The notes: generated from the sequence alone by a model not told the origin. Counted from the first letter of the stretch, positions 40,084 through 49,941 are shown. The stretch is 64,000 bases of DNA from Thermoplasmatota archaeon (GCA_041601615.1 JBFIHX010000009.1:30182-94181), one strand, 5' to 3'. A program made the numbers and translations.

Positions 40084-41244
40084 ATGAAGCGAATCTTGCT
40101 CATCGGCCTTCTCGTGGCCACTGGCCTTTCTGGCTGCCTCAACGACGACGATATGGGACCATTGGTTGTCGACCCCGACACATACCCCTACCCCGGGCCT
40201 GCGACCATCCCTGAATTGGACGCCAACGCGCTCCTTGTCCACCTCAAGTCCTTCGTGGACCAATTCGGAGAACGCGCCGCCAACCTCCCGGCCCACACCG
40301 GTGCCCGCGACGCCATCGCCGCGCACTTTGAAAACGCCGGCCTGGATGTCTGGCGCCAAAACTTCACCAACGGCATCTACCAGGAGAACATCGTCGGTGT
40401 CCTCTGGGGATACAACACGGACCAGTGGGTTGTCGTCGGCGGCCACTACGACATGACCACCACCGACTGCATCGTCGGCGGTGTCGCCAACGCAGTGCTA
40501 GACCAAGCCGGCGCCCCCGTGAACGCCCCCGACTGCGTCACCCGACCCTTCAGCCAAGGCGCCTACGACGACGGCAGCGGCACCCTGATGACCATGCACC
40601 TCGCAACCGCCTTTGCCGACATGGTCGCCAAGAACGGCACCCTCCCCTACACCATCGCATTCGTTGGCTTCGACGGAGAGGAGCGCGGCCTCCAAGGCAG
40701 CGGCGCCTTTGCAGCCAACGTGTTTGCCGAAGAAAACGGCGGCAGCGAAGACCTAGCCCAAGAGACTCCCTGGGGCAACGTCACTGTCCACGCCATGCTC
40801 GACTTGGACATGTTTGGCCTCAACTACCCGGCCATCACCGCGCCCATTTACTTTGACAACAACAACGCCGCCCTCGTGGACTACGTCAAAGCCCGCGCTG
40901 CTGAGATCAACTTCCCCGCGGACCAAATCAAGTACCAAGGCATCAGCCTCGGCCGCAGCGATTACGCCCACTTCATGAACGCCGGAGTCCCTACGGGCTT
41001 CTTCATCAGCGACTTTGAAGAATGGGAACTGCCCGCCAACATTCCCGTGGTCGTGCCCTGCGAAGATGCCATGCCCACCTGCACCGCGTACCCCTTCTGG
41101 CACATCGAAGACACCTGGGACACCATGGTGCTGATGGCCGGCAGCGAATCCGAGCTTGAAGCCGGCTTCGACATGGCCAACAAGCTTGCAAGCGGCGTGC
41201 TGTTCTTCATGGCCACGACGCACGACTTAGGTCCCGTCGCCTAA
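40084..41244 (+). CDS. M28 family metallopeptidase, lipoprotein
   Basis: LSGC lipobox; GGHYD, GAYDDGSG, GEERGLQGS, DLDM, RSDY, WHxxxD. Confidence 0.9.
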   Translation: MKRILLIGLLVATGLSGCLNDDDMGPLVVDPDTYPYPGPATIPELDANALLVHLKSFVDQFGERAANLPAHTGARDAIAAHFENAGLDVWRQNFTNGIYQENIVGVLWGYNTDQWVVVGGHYDMTTTDCIVGGVANAVLDQAGAPVNAPDCVTRPFSQGAYDDGSGTLMTMHLATAFADMVAKNGTLPYTIAFVGFDGEERGLQGSGAFAANVFAEENGGSEDLAQETPWGNVTVHAMLDLDMFGLNYPAITAPIYFDNNNAALVDYVKARAAEINFPADQIKYQGISLGRSDYAHFMNAGVPTGFFISDFEEWELPANIPVVVPCEDAMPTCTAYPFWHIEDTWDTMVLMAGSESELEAGFDMANKLASGVLFFMATTHDLGPVA

Positions 41245-41257
41245 GCTCGCAACCGAG

Positions 41258-41316
41258 CCCTCTTCCTTCCTGTTCCTTCCCCTTCCTTCTTCGTCCCCAA
41301 CTTCCTTTCCTTCGTT
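41258..41316 (+). terminator. Polypyrimidine tract, probable archaeal terminator
   Basis: ccttc-rich run directly after the M28 stop, between convergent genes. Confidence 0.45.
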
Positions 41317-41330
41317 GGTAATTTGTCCGC

Positions 41331-41528
41331 CTATTCTTGCGGCGGCTCACGGCCTGGCCCGCGCTTCTCCACGACACCCATCAGCTCCATGAGGCGAGCG
41401 CGGCAAGCGTCGGTGGCAAAATTGGACAAGCTGCGCATCCCGAGCCACGGATTTTCCTTCATGAACGCCATGACCTCATCCGCCAGCTCAGTCGGGATAC
41501 CTGCTTGTCGAAACCCTTGGGTGCTCAT
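41331..41528 (-). CDS. Small ribbon-helix-helix protein
   Basis: RQAGIPTELADEV...LGMRSLSNFATDACRARL. Confidence 0.65.
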   Translation of the reverse strand: MSTQGFRQAGIPTELADEVMAFMKENPWLGMRSLSNFATDACRARLMELMGVVEKRGPGREPPQE

Positions 41529-41760
41529 ACGCGGCAGCCACTACGGGACAGGGATAAGACCCCTTGGCGAGGAGGGGTTCAAATGAAAGCACAGAACCCC
41601 TTGATATTCAGTGGTTATCTCTGGGCAGTCGGTTCTGGCGCACCCAGCCAGAATCAGGCTCAAATCACCCATTTTTCCGCATTCTGCCCCAGGTTCCCCA
41701 TGAACCACGCATGGATGCAGGGGCAGCCCATTTCCCGCCGCGGCACGAGGTGGCGCGCGG

Positions 41761-43554
41761 CTAAGCGCCGGCTGCATCGGCCGCACCGGCCGTTGGACCC
41801 GCGACCGGGCGCGCTTGGAAGTCCACCAACGTCCCCCGCAAAGTCTGCAAATCAATGAGCGGCATCTTGGCCGGCTCTGGCGTGAAATTGAGCATCTTCT
41901 GATACCCCGTCTGACTCTGCCAAGTGCCCGCGTTGACCATCGTAACCCCCCGGTAGGTACTGAGACCGGGAACGTGCACATGGCCCGTGACAAAGATGTC
42001 CGGAACGTCGTCAATGACCAAGTAGTCGTTGTGCTCCGGCGCCACGGGCGTCCTCTCCCCATACAACGGAGCAAGATGCCGACTTTCCAGCATCTGCTTC
42101 ATCGCCGGAATCGGCTTCTCGTACTCCAAATTCGTCACACTGGTGGCAAAATCGATGAGACTGCTGCCATGGTAGCCCAGGGTGCGAACGCCGTGTAAGT
42201 CGAAGATGGCAGGATTGGCCAAGAACCGCGCATCATGGTGCTCGAAACTGTCGCGGACCTCCTGCGTGAACGCCGGCTGCGGCTCGGCAGGTCGGCTTGC
42301 GTCGTGGTTGCCGGGCTGAATCACAATGTCGATCCAATCCGGCACATTGTGCATCCACTTTCCAAACGCATTGTATTGATCGTAGATATCCGGAATCGTC
42401 AGCTCCTCTTGCTGGCCCGGGTAAATCCCAACACCGTCCACAAGATCTCCGGGGATTACGAGGTACTTGATGCGGCCCGCCATGTCGCGCTCCCGCTTGC
42501 TGCCCGACTGGCCATTGAGCCAACTCAGCATCCCTTTCCAATTCTCGTCCAAGAACGTGTCCGAACCCACGTGAATGTCGCTGAGGAAGGCAACGGAAAC
42601 GGGAACGTCCGCATGGCGCTGATTGTCCGGATCCGGCCTCGGAATGTCCGGACGCATGATGGATTCAAGGAAAATCAAGTCACCCTTGTTGCTCGCCTGG
42701 CCCACTACGCCAATCACTTCGTCCGTGATCAGCGTGTCCGCCATCGCCATAAGCTGGCGTTCATCGTTGCGCACCAAACAACGCACAGCGCCCGTTTGAT
42801 CCTCAATCTCAATGAGCTTGTGGCCGTTCTTGGTCGTACTTCGCTCCACAACCATACCAATGAGCTGCACCTCCGCCTGACCCGGCCGCACCCGCTCAAT
42901 CGGAATGCTGTTGCGCAACTCACGGCGCTGGCGCAAAAACTTGGCAATCTTCTGGTACCGATCCTGAAAATACGTCACGAAATCGCTTGTCTTTCCCTCG
43001 CACGTCGAGTTGCCCGTCATGTCCTGCTGGACCACCAAGCCACTCTCATACTGACGCGCCAAGGGCTGCCAATCGCTGCGAGGAGACACCCGGAACGTGG
43101 CCGCATCAAGCGCCGCTTGGGCACCCTTGTCCATCGCTGCATCCTGGGTAATCACAAGGCCGTCATGGTCATCAACGACGTCATCCTCTTCATCGGCGTC
43201 CCGAACCGGCTTCTGGCCATCGTAAATGGCAGCAAACGCCTGCTTTTGGGCCGCCTTGCGAGCCTCCTGCGCCAACCGCACCGCTTCCGGCTCCGGCTCC
43301 GGCGCCTCAGGCTCCGACTCCGCCTCCCGCTGGCGCTCCTCCAACGTCCGCCACAACGCTCGATCAAAATGGAATGGAATCTCCTCCAGCGAACCCAGAA
43401 CCGACTGCACACGCACCGCCCCGGCCGTGTCCGCCGCCAAGTCCGCAAGCAAATTCGGGTCGGCAAGGGCCCCATGGCTCTCAAAGAGCAACACGAGTTC
43501 CTTCATCCGGGCAACACGGCCATCGCCCGCGCCCGATTCCGCCACCACCTGCAT
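41761..43554 (-). CDS. polB: DNA polymerase II (PolD) small subunit DP1
   Basis: OB fold; SDIHVGS, GDLVDGVGIYPGQ, PGNHD, RHLAP, GHVH; start may be 43506. Confidence 0.95.
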   Translation of the reverse strand: MQVVAESGAGDGRVARMKELVLLFESHGALADPNLLADLAADTAGAVRVQSVLGSLEEIPFHFDRALWRTLEERQREAESEPEAPEPEPEAVRLAQEARKAAQKQAFAAIYDGQKPVRDADEEDDVVDDHDGLVITQDAAMDKGAQAALDAATFRVSPRSDWQPLARQYESGLVVQQDMTGNSTCEGKTSDFVTYFQDRYQKIAKFLRQRRELRNSIPIERVRPGQAEVQLIGMVVERSTTKNGHKLIEIEDQTGAVRCLVRNDERQLMAMADTLITDEVIGVVGQASNKGDLIFLESIMRPDIPRPDPDNQRHADVPVSVAFLSDIHVGSDTFLDENWKGMLSWLNGQSGSKRERDMAGRIKYLVIPGDLVDGVGIYPGQQEELTIPDIYDQYNAFGKWMHNVPDWIDIVIQPGNHDASRPAEPQPAFTQEVRDSFEHHDARFLANPAIFDLHGVRTLGYHGSSLIDFATSVTNLEYEKPIPAMKQMLESRHLAPLYGERTPVAPEHNDYLVIDDVPDIFVTGHVHVPGLSTYRGVTMVNAGTWQSQTGYQKMLNFTPEPAKMPLIDLQTLRGTLVDFQARPVAGPTAGAADAAGA

Positions 43555-43577
43555 CCCAGCTTTGCCAGAGGCGCAGT

Positions 43578-44210
43578 TCACAAAAGCCCTTGCAGGGCCG
43601 CAAGCACCGCCGCGACACCGCGCTCGTGATGCATCGGCGTCAAGAAGTGATCCGCGCCCTCCAGGACCGTAATCCGAGCCGACGGAAGCGCCGCCCGCAC
43701 CGCCTCCGCATCCATGGGGTCCACGCGCTCATCCGCCGTGCCGATCACCACATGCGCCGCGCACCGCACCCCCGCCGCCTCCTCGACAGGCACGAGATTG
43801 GATTCTCGCACCCGCGCCGGCACCGACACCAAGACAAGACCCGGCACCTCCCGAGCTACCGCCACGCGCACCGCAACACCCGCCCCGAAGCTGAAACCCA
43901 CCACAAGCGGCGCCTGCCCCATATCCGCCTGGATTTGATCCCAGACCGCCAACGCATCCTCCGTCTCGCCTTCGCCGCGCCCGTAGCTACCCTCGCTGCG
44001 ACCCGCGCCACGAAAGTCAAAGCGAACCGCCCGGAACCCCGCCTCAGCAAGCGCCTTGGCCAGCCGGTACACAAACAACGTCCCCATGGTACCGCCAAAC
44101 TTCGGGTGTGGATGCAGCAACAGCACCGGCCGGCCGGCGTCGGGGCCATGCACGCGAGCATCGAGGCGGCCTGCGGGACCCACAAAAAACCGAGAACTGC
44201 TTGCTGACAC
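43578..44210 (-). CDS. Alpha/beta hydrolase
   Basis: HPHPKFGGTM, RFDFRGAGRS, GFSFG, GADHF. Confidence 0.9.
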   Translation of the reverse strand: MSASSSRFFVGPAGRLDARVHGPDAGRPVLLLHPHPKFGGTMGTLFVYRLAKALAEAGFRAVRFDFRGAGRSEGSYGRGEGETEDALAVWDQIQADMGQAPLVVGFSFGAGVAVRVAVAREVPGLVLVSVPARVRESNLVPVEEAAGVRCAAHVVIGTADERVDPMDAEAVRAALPSARITVLEGADHFLTPMHHERGVAAVLAALQGLL

Positions 44211-44303
44211 CAAACCTTGCAAGGCCACCCCCGCCAGAAGCCTACCGAACCCAACCCCAACCATAGAAAACCCCAAAGAACACAAAAACCGGGGCGTTCA
44301 AGT

Positions 44304-45506
44304 ATGGAAACCGGACTGAACCCCAAGATGGTAAATCAATACGCCTCCCAGGATGCAATCCAAGAACTGGAGAAACATCAATCGGAAATAGAAAAGCCGC
44401 TCATTGAATCCTTGGAGATCGCAGAAGCCAACTCCAAAAGCCTCGATCCCGCCCTGCGCGACGCCCTCGCCTGGCCCACAACCTGGGACGACTACATCCA
44501 ATTCCTCCAAGACTTCGCAAAATGGTCCCCGCGGCAAGACACCGATGCCGCATGGGCCCGCCCCGACGGCAACGGCTCCCAGGAAGTCTACGACCGACTC
44601 TGCCACTTCCACTTCCTCATCGACCAAACCCTCGACGACGGCACCACCCTCCAAGAGACCCCCTGGTTCAGCTCGTGGCTGGTGCAGTACGCCAACACGT
44701 GGGGCAGCTACCTCAACACCACCGAGTCCTTCAACGACGGCATCCTGCAATCCTTCCTCCAGGACTCTCCCGAGTACCAGGTGGAGGCTTCCATGATCGA
44801 CGGCCGCCCCAACGCCCCCAGCGGCTGGCTCACCTTCAACCAATTCTTTGCCCGCGAATTGAACCCCGGCCTACGCCCCATCCAATCACCCCCCGACAAC
44901 GCCGTCGTCACCTCCCCCGCCGACTGCACATTCAAGGCCATGTACGCCATCAACGAGGATTCCACCATCCCCGAAATCACCATCAAACAAAGCCACAAAT
45001 TTGCCTCCATCCACGACCTCCTGGACGGCAGCCCCTACGCCGACGCCTTCGCCAACGGCACTTTCGTGCATTACTTCCTGGGCCCCTACTCCTACCACCG
45101 ATTCCACGCCCCCGTATCCGGAGTCCTGCGTGAATGCCGCAGCGTCCTCGGCAACGTGATGCTCAATGTCGCCATCGACGGAGGCCAATTCAACGCCGCC
45201 GACAGCTCCCAAGGCGGCTACGAATTCTCCCAGGCACGCGGCATCCTCATCCTCGACACCAAAGACTCCCCCTACGGCGACATGGGCCTCGTGGCCGTCA
45301 TCCCCGTCGGCATGTGCCAGGTCAGCTCCGTCAACATGACCGCCACGCTCGACGCCCAACTTCAGAAAGGCGACGAATTCGGCTACTTCCTGTTTGGAGG
45401 GTCCGACATCATCGTGCTGTTTCAGAAGGGCGCATCGCCGCAGGTGGACACCAGCACCCAATACCGGCACTATGGCAGCAAAATCGCCGACTGCACCAAA
45501 CAATAG
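44304..45506 (+). CDS. psd: Phosphatidylserine decarboxylase family proenzyme (long form)
   Basis: FNQFFAR, SPADC, YHRFHAPVSG, KGDEFGYFLFGGS. Confidence 0.85.
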   Translation: METGLNPKMVNQYASQDAIQELEKHQSEIEKPLIESLEIAEANSKSLDPALRDALAWPTTWDDYIQFLQDFAKWSPRQDTDAAWARPDGNGSQEVYDRLCHFHFLIDQTLDDGTTLQETPWFSSWLVQYANTWGSYLNTTESFNDGILQSFLQDSPEYQVEASMIDGRPNAPSGWLTFNQFFARELNPGLRPIQSPPDNAVVTSPADCTFKAMYAINEDSTIPEITIKQSHKFASIHDLLDGSPYADAFANGTFVHYFLGPYSYHRFHAPVSGVLRECRSVLGNVMLNVAIDGGQFNAADSSQGGYEFSQARGILILDTKDSPYGDMGLVAVIPVGMCQVSSVNMTATLDAQLQKGDEFGYFLFGGSDIIVLFQKGASPQVDTSTQYRHYGSKIADCTKQ

Positions 45507-45551
45507 GCCACAACACCCGAGCCACCCGAACCGAGTACCAGGAAAAGAAAG

Positions 45552-45626
45552 CGGACGCGACGGGATTCGAACCCGCGATCCCCGGCTTAGAAGGCCGGTG
45601 CCGTATCCAGGCTGAGCCACGCGCCC
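45552..45626 (-). tRNA. tRNA-Arg(TCT)
   Basis: GGGCGCG acceptor stem; CCGGC-CTTCTAA-GCCGG; GGTTCGAATCC; no encoded CCA. Confidence 0.95.
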
Positions 45627-45849
45627 AAGCGTTGGACGCACCCACCCCTTTTCCTCCTTCTTCTTGGAAGCGCACAGCCAGCAACAGCGACTGACAAAAA
45701 TTGGTGCACCTTGTGTTATAATAAATTTGCCCAATGGGCCTTATTTCACCTAAATAAGCTGCAACAAGCCCATGTTTTGCAATAATCACGAATCAATGCT
45801 TTTCAATGCCCAACCTCGCCCTAGCTGGCCACCGCGCCAAGTGAAACCC

Positions 45850-46404
45850 ATGAACTCCCTGAAACCCATCCTGTACATGCTCCTCCTGCTCACCGCCGGC
45901 ATGACCTTCGTGCCGCAGGCCACAGCAGAAACCGAGGCAATCGCCCTGCTCGCCTGTCCCTTCGACTCCGACGAAGAACAAACCGTCACCTGCGAAAGCA
46001 TCTGGGGCTGCGAAATCAGTGTCGGAGCCTGCCTCTACGGCAGCTGCGATATCAACATTGGCTTCTGCTACCGTGGCAACTGCGAGATTAACGTAGGGTC
46101 CTGCTACCGCGCCGGCTGCGATATCACCGTCGGATCCTGCTACTACAGCGGAGACTGCTTCATCACCGTGGGCGACTGCGCGTACGGCGGTAGCTGCTTC
46201 ATCAACATCGGCGTCTGCTACGGCGACTGCTGGATCAACATTGGCTACTGCTACGGCTTCTTCGAGTGCATGAACCAAGCCCTGCAGGCCGACACCCGCG
46301 ACCCCACGTCAGCAAATGGACAAGACCAAGGCGCCGCAGATGGCTGCGTTGTAGAATATGACAACCTCGCCCCCGAGCCCCAAGTCGACCGAATTGAGCT
46401 CTAG
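45850..46404 (+). CDS. Secreted Cys-rich repeat protein (7 x C-x-I-x-[VI]-G-x-C)
   Basis: Signal peptide ending ATA; seven 11-13 aa repeats. Confidence 0.85.
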   Translation: MNSLKPILYMLLLLTAGMTFVPQATAETEAIALLACPFDSDEEQTVTCESIWGCEISVGACLYGSCDINIGFCYRGNCEINVGSCYRAGCDITVGSCYYSGDCFITVGDCAYGGSCFINIGVCYGDCWINIGYCYGFFECMNQALQADTRDPTSANGQDQGAADGCVVEYDNLAPEPQVDRIEL

Positions 46405-46509
46405 CCCAACCCAAACCACCTCAACCCCCTCCCCCAACCCCCGCCCCGGCTGAGGCCGACGCTGCCCGAACCGCTTATGTATCCCGCCAAAGTCGGCGGC
46501 TTTCCCTAC

Positions 46510-46583
46510 GGGCCCCTAGCTTAGTCTGGTGGAGCATCCGGCTGATAACCGGAAGGTCGTGCGTTCGAATCGCATGGGGCCCA
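46510..46583 (+). tRNA. tRNA-Ile(GAT)
   Basis: GGGCCCC/GGGGCCC stem; TCCGG-CTGATAA-CCGGA; GTTCGAATC. Confidence 0.95.
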
Positions 46584-46606
46584 TCCTTCTCCCTTCTTGA
46601 CCCCCT

Positions 46607-46679
46607 GGGGAAGTAGATCAGTTGGAAGATCGCTGCCTTCGCAAGGCAGAGGCCGGGGGTTCAAATCCCCCCTTCTCCA
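46607..46679 (+). tRNA. tRNA-Ala(CGC)
   Basis: G3:U70 pair; CTGCC-TTCGCAA-GGCAG; GGTTCAAATCC. Confidence 0.95.
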
Positions 46680-46793
46680 CTCAATCTTCGCTTTGCTCGA
46701 TGGGGTGGAGAGCTTTGGTAGATTCCTGCGTGAACTACGCGGGGCTTTTTGGCAGGGGGCGGCCCGGACCTCCATTCTGGGCTCTCGTGCTGC

Positions 46794-46868
46794 GATTCGC
46801 ACTTGAGTGGAGGGGACGATTGCGCGGGCGCCAAGCGAAGCGCGGTCCCATTGAGCGCGATGTTGGGC
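46794..46868 (-). mobile_element. Decayed attC-like site downstream of the Fic gene
   Basis: Minus strand reads GCCCAAC-ATCGC-GCTCAATG-GG-A-CCGCG...GTCC-CCTCCAC-TCAAGT-G; 16 bp after the stop; right arm degenerate. Confidence 0.45.
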
Positions 46869-46884
46869 GTCGCACAGAGTCCTA

Positions 46885-47964
46885 TCAAACGCGGCGCTGG
46901 CCCATTCGGTACTCAGTGCCCTTCCGTTCACCGTCTCTTTGAAGCACCTCAAGCTCCACAAGACCTGCTAGGTCTCGCTGCAAACTGCGTGGCGCGATGT
47001 GCGGCATGGCAGCGTGTAGGTCTGCGAATTTCACGCGGCGCTTCGGATTTACCGCCGTGATGCGTCGAAACCATGCCACGATGTCGCGCTGCCGCTCGTT
47101 GAGCGCAGGGTGGTCTCGATCCAGTTCCATGCTGGCCACGGCATCGCGGTACGCGGATTCCACAATGCGCGTGAGGTAGTCAATCCATGGAGTGTAGTCA
47201 TACCCGATTGTCTCCACCTCATGGAGGGTGTTGTAGTACGGAGGGCGGTCGTTGTTGAACGCGGCATCGATGAGGGCGTAGCGGATGCCCCGGTAGCCTT
47301 CGTCATGAAGGTACCATGTGAACAGTGCGCGCCCGGTGCGGCCATTGCCATCTCGGAATGGGTGGATTCCTAGGTACTCCATGAAGAACAAGCTCGCTCG
47401 AAGGATCGGGTGAAGGGGCGAGGATTGCAGCCACGCCAGGGCAGCCGTCAATTCACCAGGGACCGCTTCGGCCGCGCTCGGAATGAAGACCACTTCTCCG
47501 GCCCGGTTTCCAATGAAATTTTGGCTCGCCTTGAATGCCCCCGCGTCGGGAAGAACTCCACCCATGAGCGTGGCGTGCAGAGCTTGGACGCCTTCCAAGT
47601 CGGTGGGGAATGCATGGTTGTCCAAGTCCTTCATCAAGGCGACCCAGTTGAGAATCTCTCTTTCGTCGGCCTGCGTTTCGAGCATGTTCGGGGCGCGCTC
47701 GAGCAGACTTTGCACCTCGCCCAGGGACAATGGGTTGCCTTCAATGCTGGCGGTGCCGTGGCCGTTGATGGCGAGCGCTTGGCGTAGGTGGCTTGTCGTC
47801 AGTGCCCCTTCATAGATGGAGAGCTGCTGGTCAAGGCGTTCGATGTGGCGGAGGCGATCTTGGAGTTCACGGCTGTCTTTGAACCGGGGCGTGAAGCCGT
47901 CCTTCGGTCGCTTCGCCGTCCGGGCGGTCACGCGATACGGGGCAAAATCGTCGTTATGCGCCAT
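46885..47964 (-). CDS. Fic family protein with C-terminal wHTH
   Basis: HPFRDGNGRTGR; N-terminal inhibitory TASIEGN; RSLQRDLAGLVELEVL. Confidence 0.93.
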   Translation of the reverse strand: MAHNDDFAPYRVTARTAKRPKDGFTPRFKDSRELQDRLRHIERLDQQLSIYEGALTTSHLRQALAINGHGTASIEGNPLSLGEVQSLLERAPNMLETQADEREILNWVALMKDLDNHAFPTDLEGVQALHATLMGGVLPDAGAFKASQNFIGNRAGEVVFIPSAAEAVPGELTAALAWLQSSPLHPILRASLFFMEYLGIHPFRDGNGRTGRALFTWYLHDEGYRGIRYALIDAAFNNDRPPYYNTLHEVETIGYDYTPWIDYLTRIVESAYRDAVASMELDRDHPALNERQRDIVAWFRRITAVNPKRRVKFADLHAAMPHIAPRSLQRDLAGLVELEVLQRDGERKGTEYRMGQRRV

Positions 47965-48023
47965 GCTGCAACCCTAAAATGGCGCATAAATCGTATAAAG
48001 ATGGCGCATAAACTGGCGCATAA
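47954..48023. promoter_or_regulatory. Four TGGCGCATAA boxes around the fic TATA box
   Basis: Direct copies at 47980, 48002 and 48014; inverted copy at 47954; minus-strand TTTATA at 47994-47999. Confidence 0.75.
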
Positions 48024-48121
48024 CCGCGGCCAAGCGTCACGATTCGGCGCAATGCAGCGCGTCGCATACCCCCCAGGTTCGGGGCATGCCTCAAAATTCC
48101 AGATTCGGAATCGTGCAAACT

Positions 48122-48221
48122 TGCCGCGACAGCCACGGCCGCACACGCTTCAAAGCCGCAAAAAGAAGGAGGCCCGGAGGAAGAACAGCCCGACTAGACC
48201 TTGTCCACGAGTTGTTTATGC
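48122..48221. repeat. 100-bp direct repeat, copy 1
   Basis: 87/100 identical to 49842-49941 by manual count. Confidence 0.9.
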
Positions 48222-48388
48222 CCCGTGGTCTGGTGCGCGTCGAGGAGGAATTGCGTTCTGATCGCCCGATGCTCTCGTGGATTCATGGAGCGTGTCCTGG
48301 CGCGATTCGCGCTTCAACGACGGCCAGCACAGGACGCACTATATCGTATGAATGGACTTTATAGTCAAGTTGCTCTGTAACGCTCAAG

Positions 48389-49684
48389 ATGTGTGCCAAC
48401 CTTGAGCCCGGAGCGGTCTGGCAACCCTACGGATTGGCCGGCGACCCCTTTTTTACAGCGCCCTTGCAAATGCTGGAAGGCGCCACCCATGGAATTCACT
48501 TGTTCCAAGGCGACGACCGTCGCGACAAAGCAGATCGAATCGCCCAACGCGTGCTCAACAGTGACAACAGCCTCAGCCTCATCGAAGGCCCCAATGGAAT
48601 TGGCAAAACCAGTCTTGCAAACCTCGTAAAACACACGCTCGCCGGCACAAGCGGCACGGCCGTGTATGCAGACATCGTGAACATCGACTTGGACCACCCT
48701 CGACCCGTCGAGGCACTGGCCGCCAACATCCTACATGCTGCCATGAATGCGCTGCGCGGGACCGACCCCGACGCAGCCCGCGAAGCAGAGGAAGCAGGCG
48801 AAGGCCTAGTCCTAGACGAACTTGTCACCATGCGGGGCAAAGCATTCAGTTTTAGCAAATTGTTCGGCTACCAAACCAGTCGTCACCAAATTCTGCGTGA
48901 AGCAAGGGAACGTGCGTTTGCCGACTGGTACGACGCTCTTTCCTCCATCGCCGCCAGCGCCCGGGCAAGCGACATCGACCGCATTGTCATTCACATCAAC
49001 AATCTCGACCAAGCTGTCCTGAAGGACTCGAAGCGCACGGGGGACTTGTTTGGATCTGGCCGCGACATTTTCCAGATTCAAGGATTCCATTTTCTGCTAT
49101 GCGCCAGTGAAGGATTTCGCCTGCGCAGCCTCAAAGATCGACAAAACGTATTGGACATTCTCGGAACACCAACTAGGCCGGAGCCATTGTCTCGCGAGGA
49201 TGCGGTCCAAGTCATGACGGTACGGCTTGAGGACCTTCACGTGGAGGGTGAAACGCTCACTCCCCCCATGAAACCTGATGCGTTTGCCGACTTATACGAG
49301 GTGTTCGACGGCGAACTTCGTGGCGCGCTTGAAGCTGTAGGTCAGGTATTCAAGGAAGAACTCGGCGCCTCCGGCATTGCTCGGCAACTAGATGCGCACG
49401 ACATCCTGAAGATTCAGCGACCCATAGTTCAGGACCTGCTTGCCGATTTGACTGAGACGCAGCTGATGGTGCTCAAGGCCGTCAAAGATCTAGCAGGCAA
49501 GGACGGAATCCGCCAATCGGACCTTGTGAAACACTTTGGAGATCGAGGAATCGCCCAGGGCACCATCAGTGGAGCCACTGATGTTTTGGCCAACAACCAA
49601 TGGATTCGCATCCAGCGGCCGAACGCCCGTGCGACGTTCTACCGGCTTGGTGGCCGGGCCCGCATCATCGAGGACCTCATTTAG
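48389..49684 (+). CDS. P-loop ATPase with C-terminal wHTH (AAA/STAND-like)
   Basis: IEGPNGIGKTS; Walker B-like IVIHINNLD; C-terminal QSDLV...QGTISGATDVL...FYRL. Confidence 0.8.
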   Translation: MCANLEPGAVWQPYGLAGDPFFTAPLQMLEGATHGIHLFQGDDRRDKADRIAQRVLNSDNSLSLIEGPNGIGKTSLANLVKHTLAGTSGTAVYADIVNIDLDHPRPVEALAANILHAAMNALRGTDPDAAREAEEAGEGLVLDELVTMRGKAFSFSKLFGYQTSRHQILREARERAFADWYDALSSIAASARASDIDRIVIHINNLDQAVLKDSKRTGDLFGSGRDIFQIQGFHFLLCASEGFRLRSLKDRQNVLDILGTPTRPEPLSREDAVQVMTVRLEDLHVEGETLTPPMKPDAFADLYEVFDGELRGALEAVGQVFKEELGASGIARQLDAHDILKIQRPIVQDLLADLTETQLMVLKAVKDLAGKDGIRQSDLVKHFGDRGIAQGTISGATDVLANNQWIRIQRPNARATFYRLGGRARIIEDLI

Positions 49685-49841
49685 AAATGGAGCACCGACT
49701 CCTTCAGAACCTCGGTGGGCAAATTCGTTCACCTGGGTGGTTCCAAGAAATCCGCACCCGGACCTGAGGCACCCTCAACGCAAGCCAAAGCCCCGAGCAA
49801 ACGAATGCCGAGCTTATCAGCACCCCACACTCTTCCATGGA

Positions 49842-49941
49842 TGCCGCGACAGCCAGGGCCGCACACGCTTCAAAGCCGCAAAAAGAGGGAGGCTTGGAGA
49901 AAGAACCGTCCGGCTAGACCTTGTCCACAAGCTGCTCTTGC
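49842..49941. repeat. 100-bp direct repeat, copy 2
   Basis: Includes the last 8-9 codons and downstream region of 49914..50078. Confidence 0.9.

Noticed and set aside
41530-41760. Replication origin beside DP1
   Set aside because: No cdc6/orc1 gene, ORB repeats or AT-rich unwinding element visible.
46510-46679. rRNA-operon spacer tRNA-Ile/Ala pair
   Set aside because: No rRNA sequence nearby, and the Ala anticodon is CGC rather than TGC.
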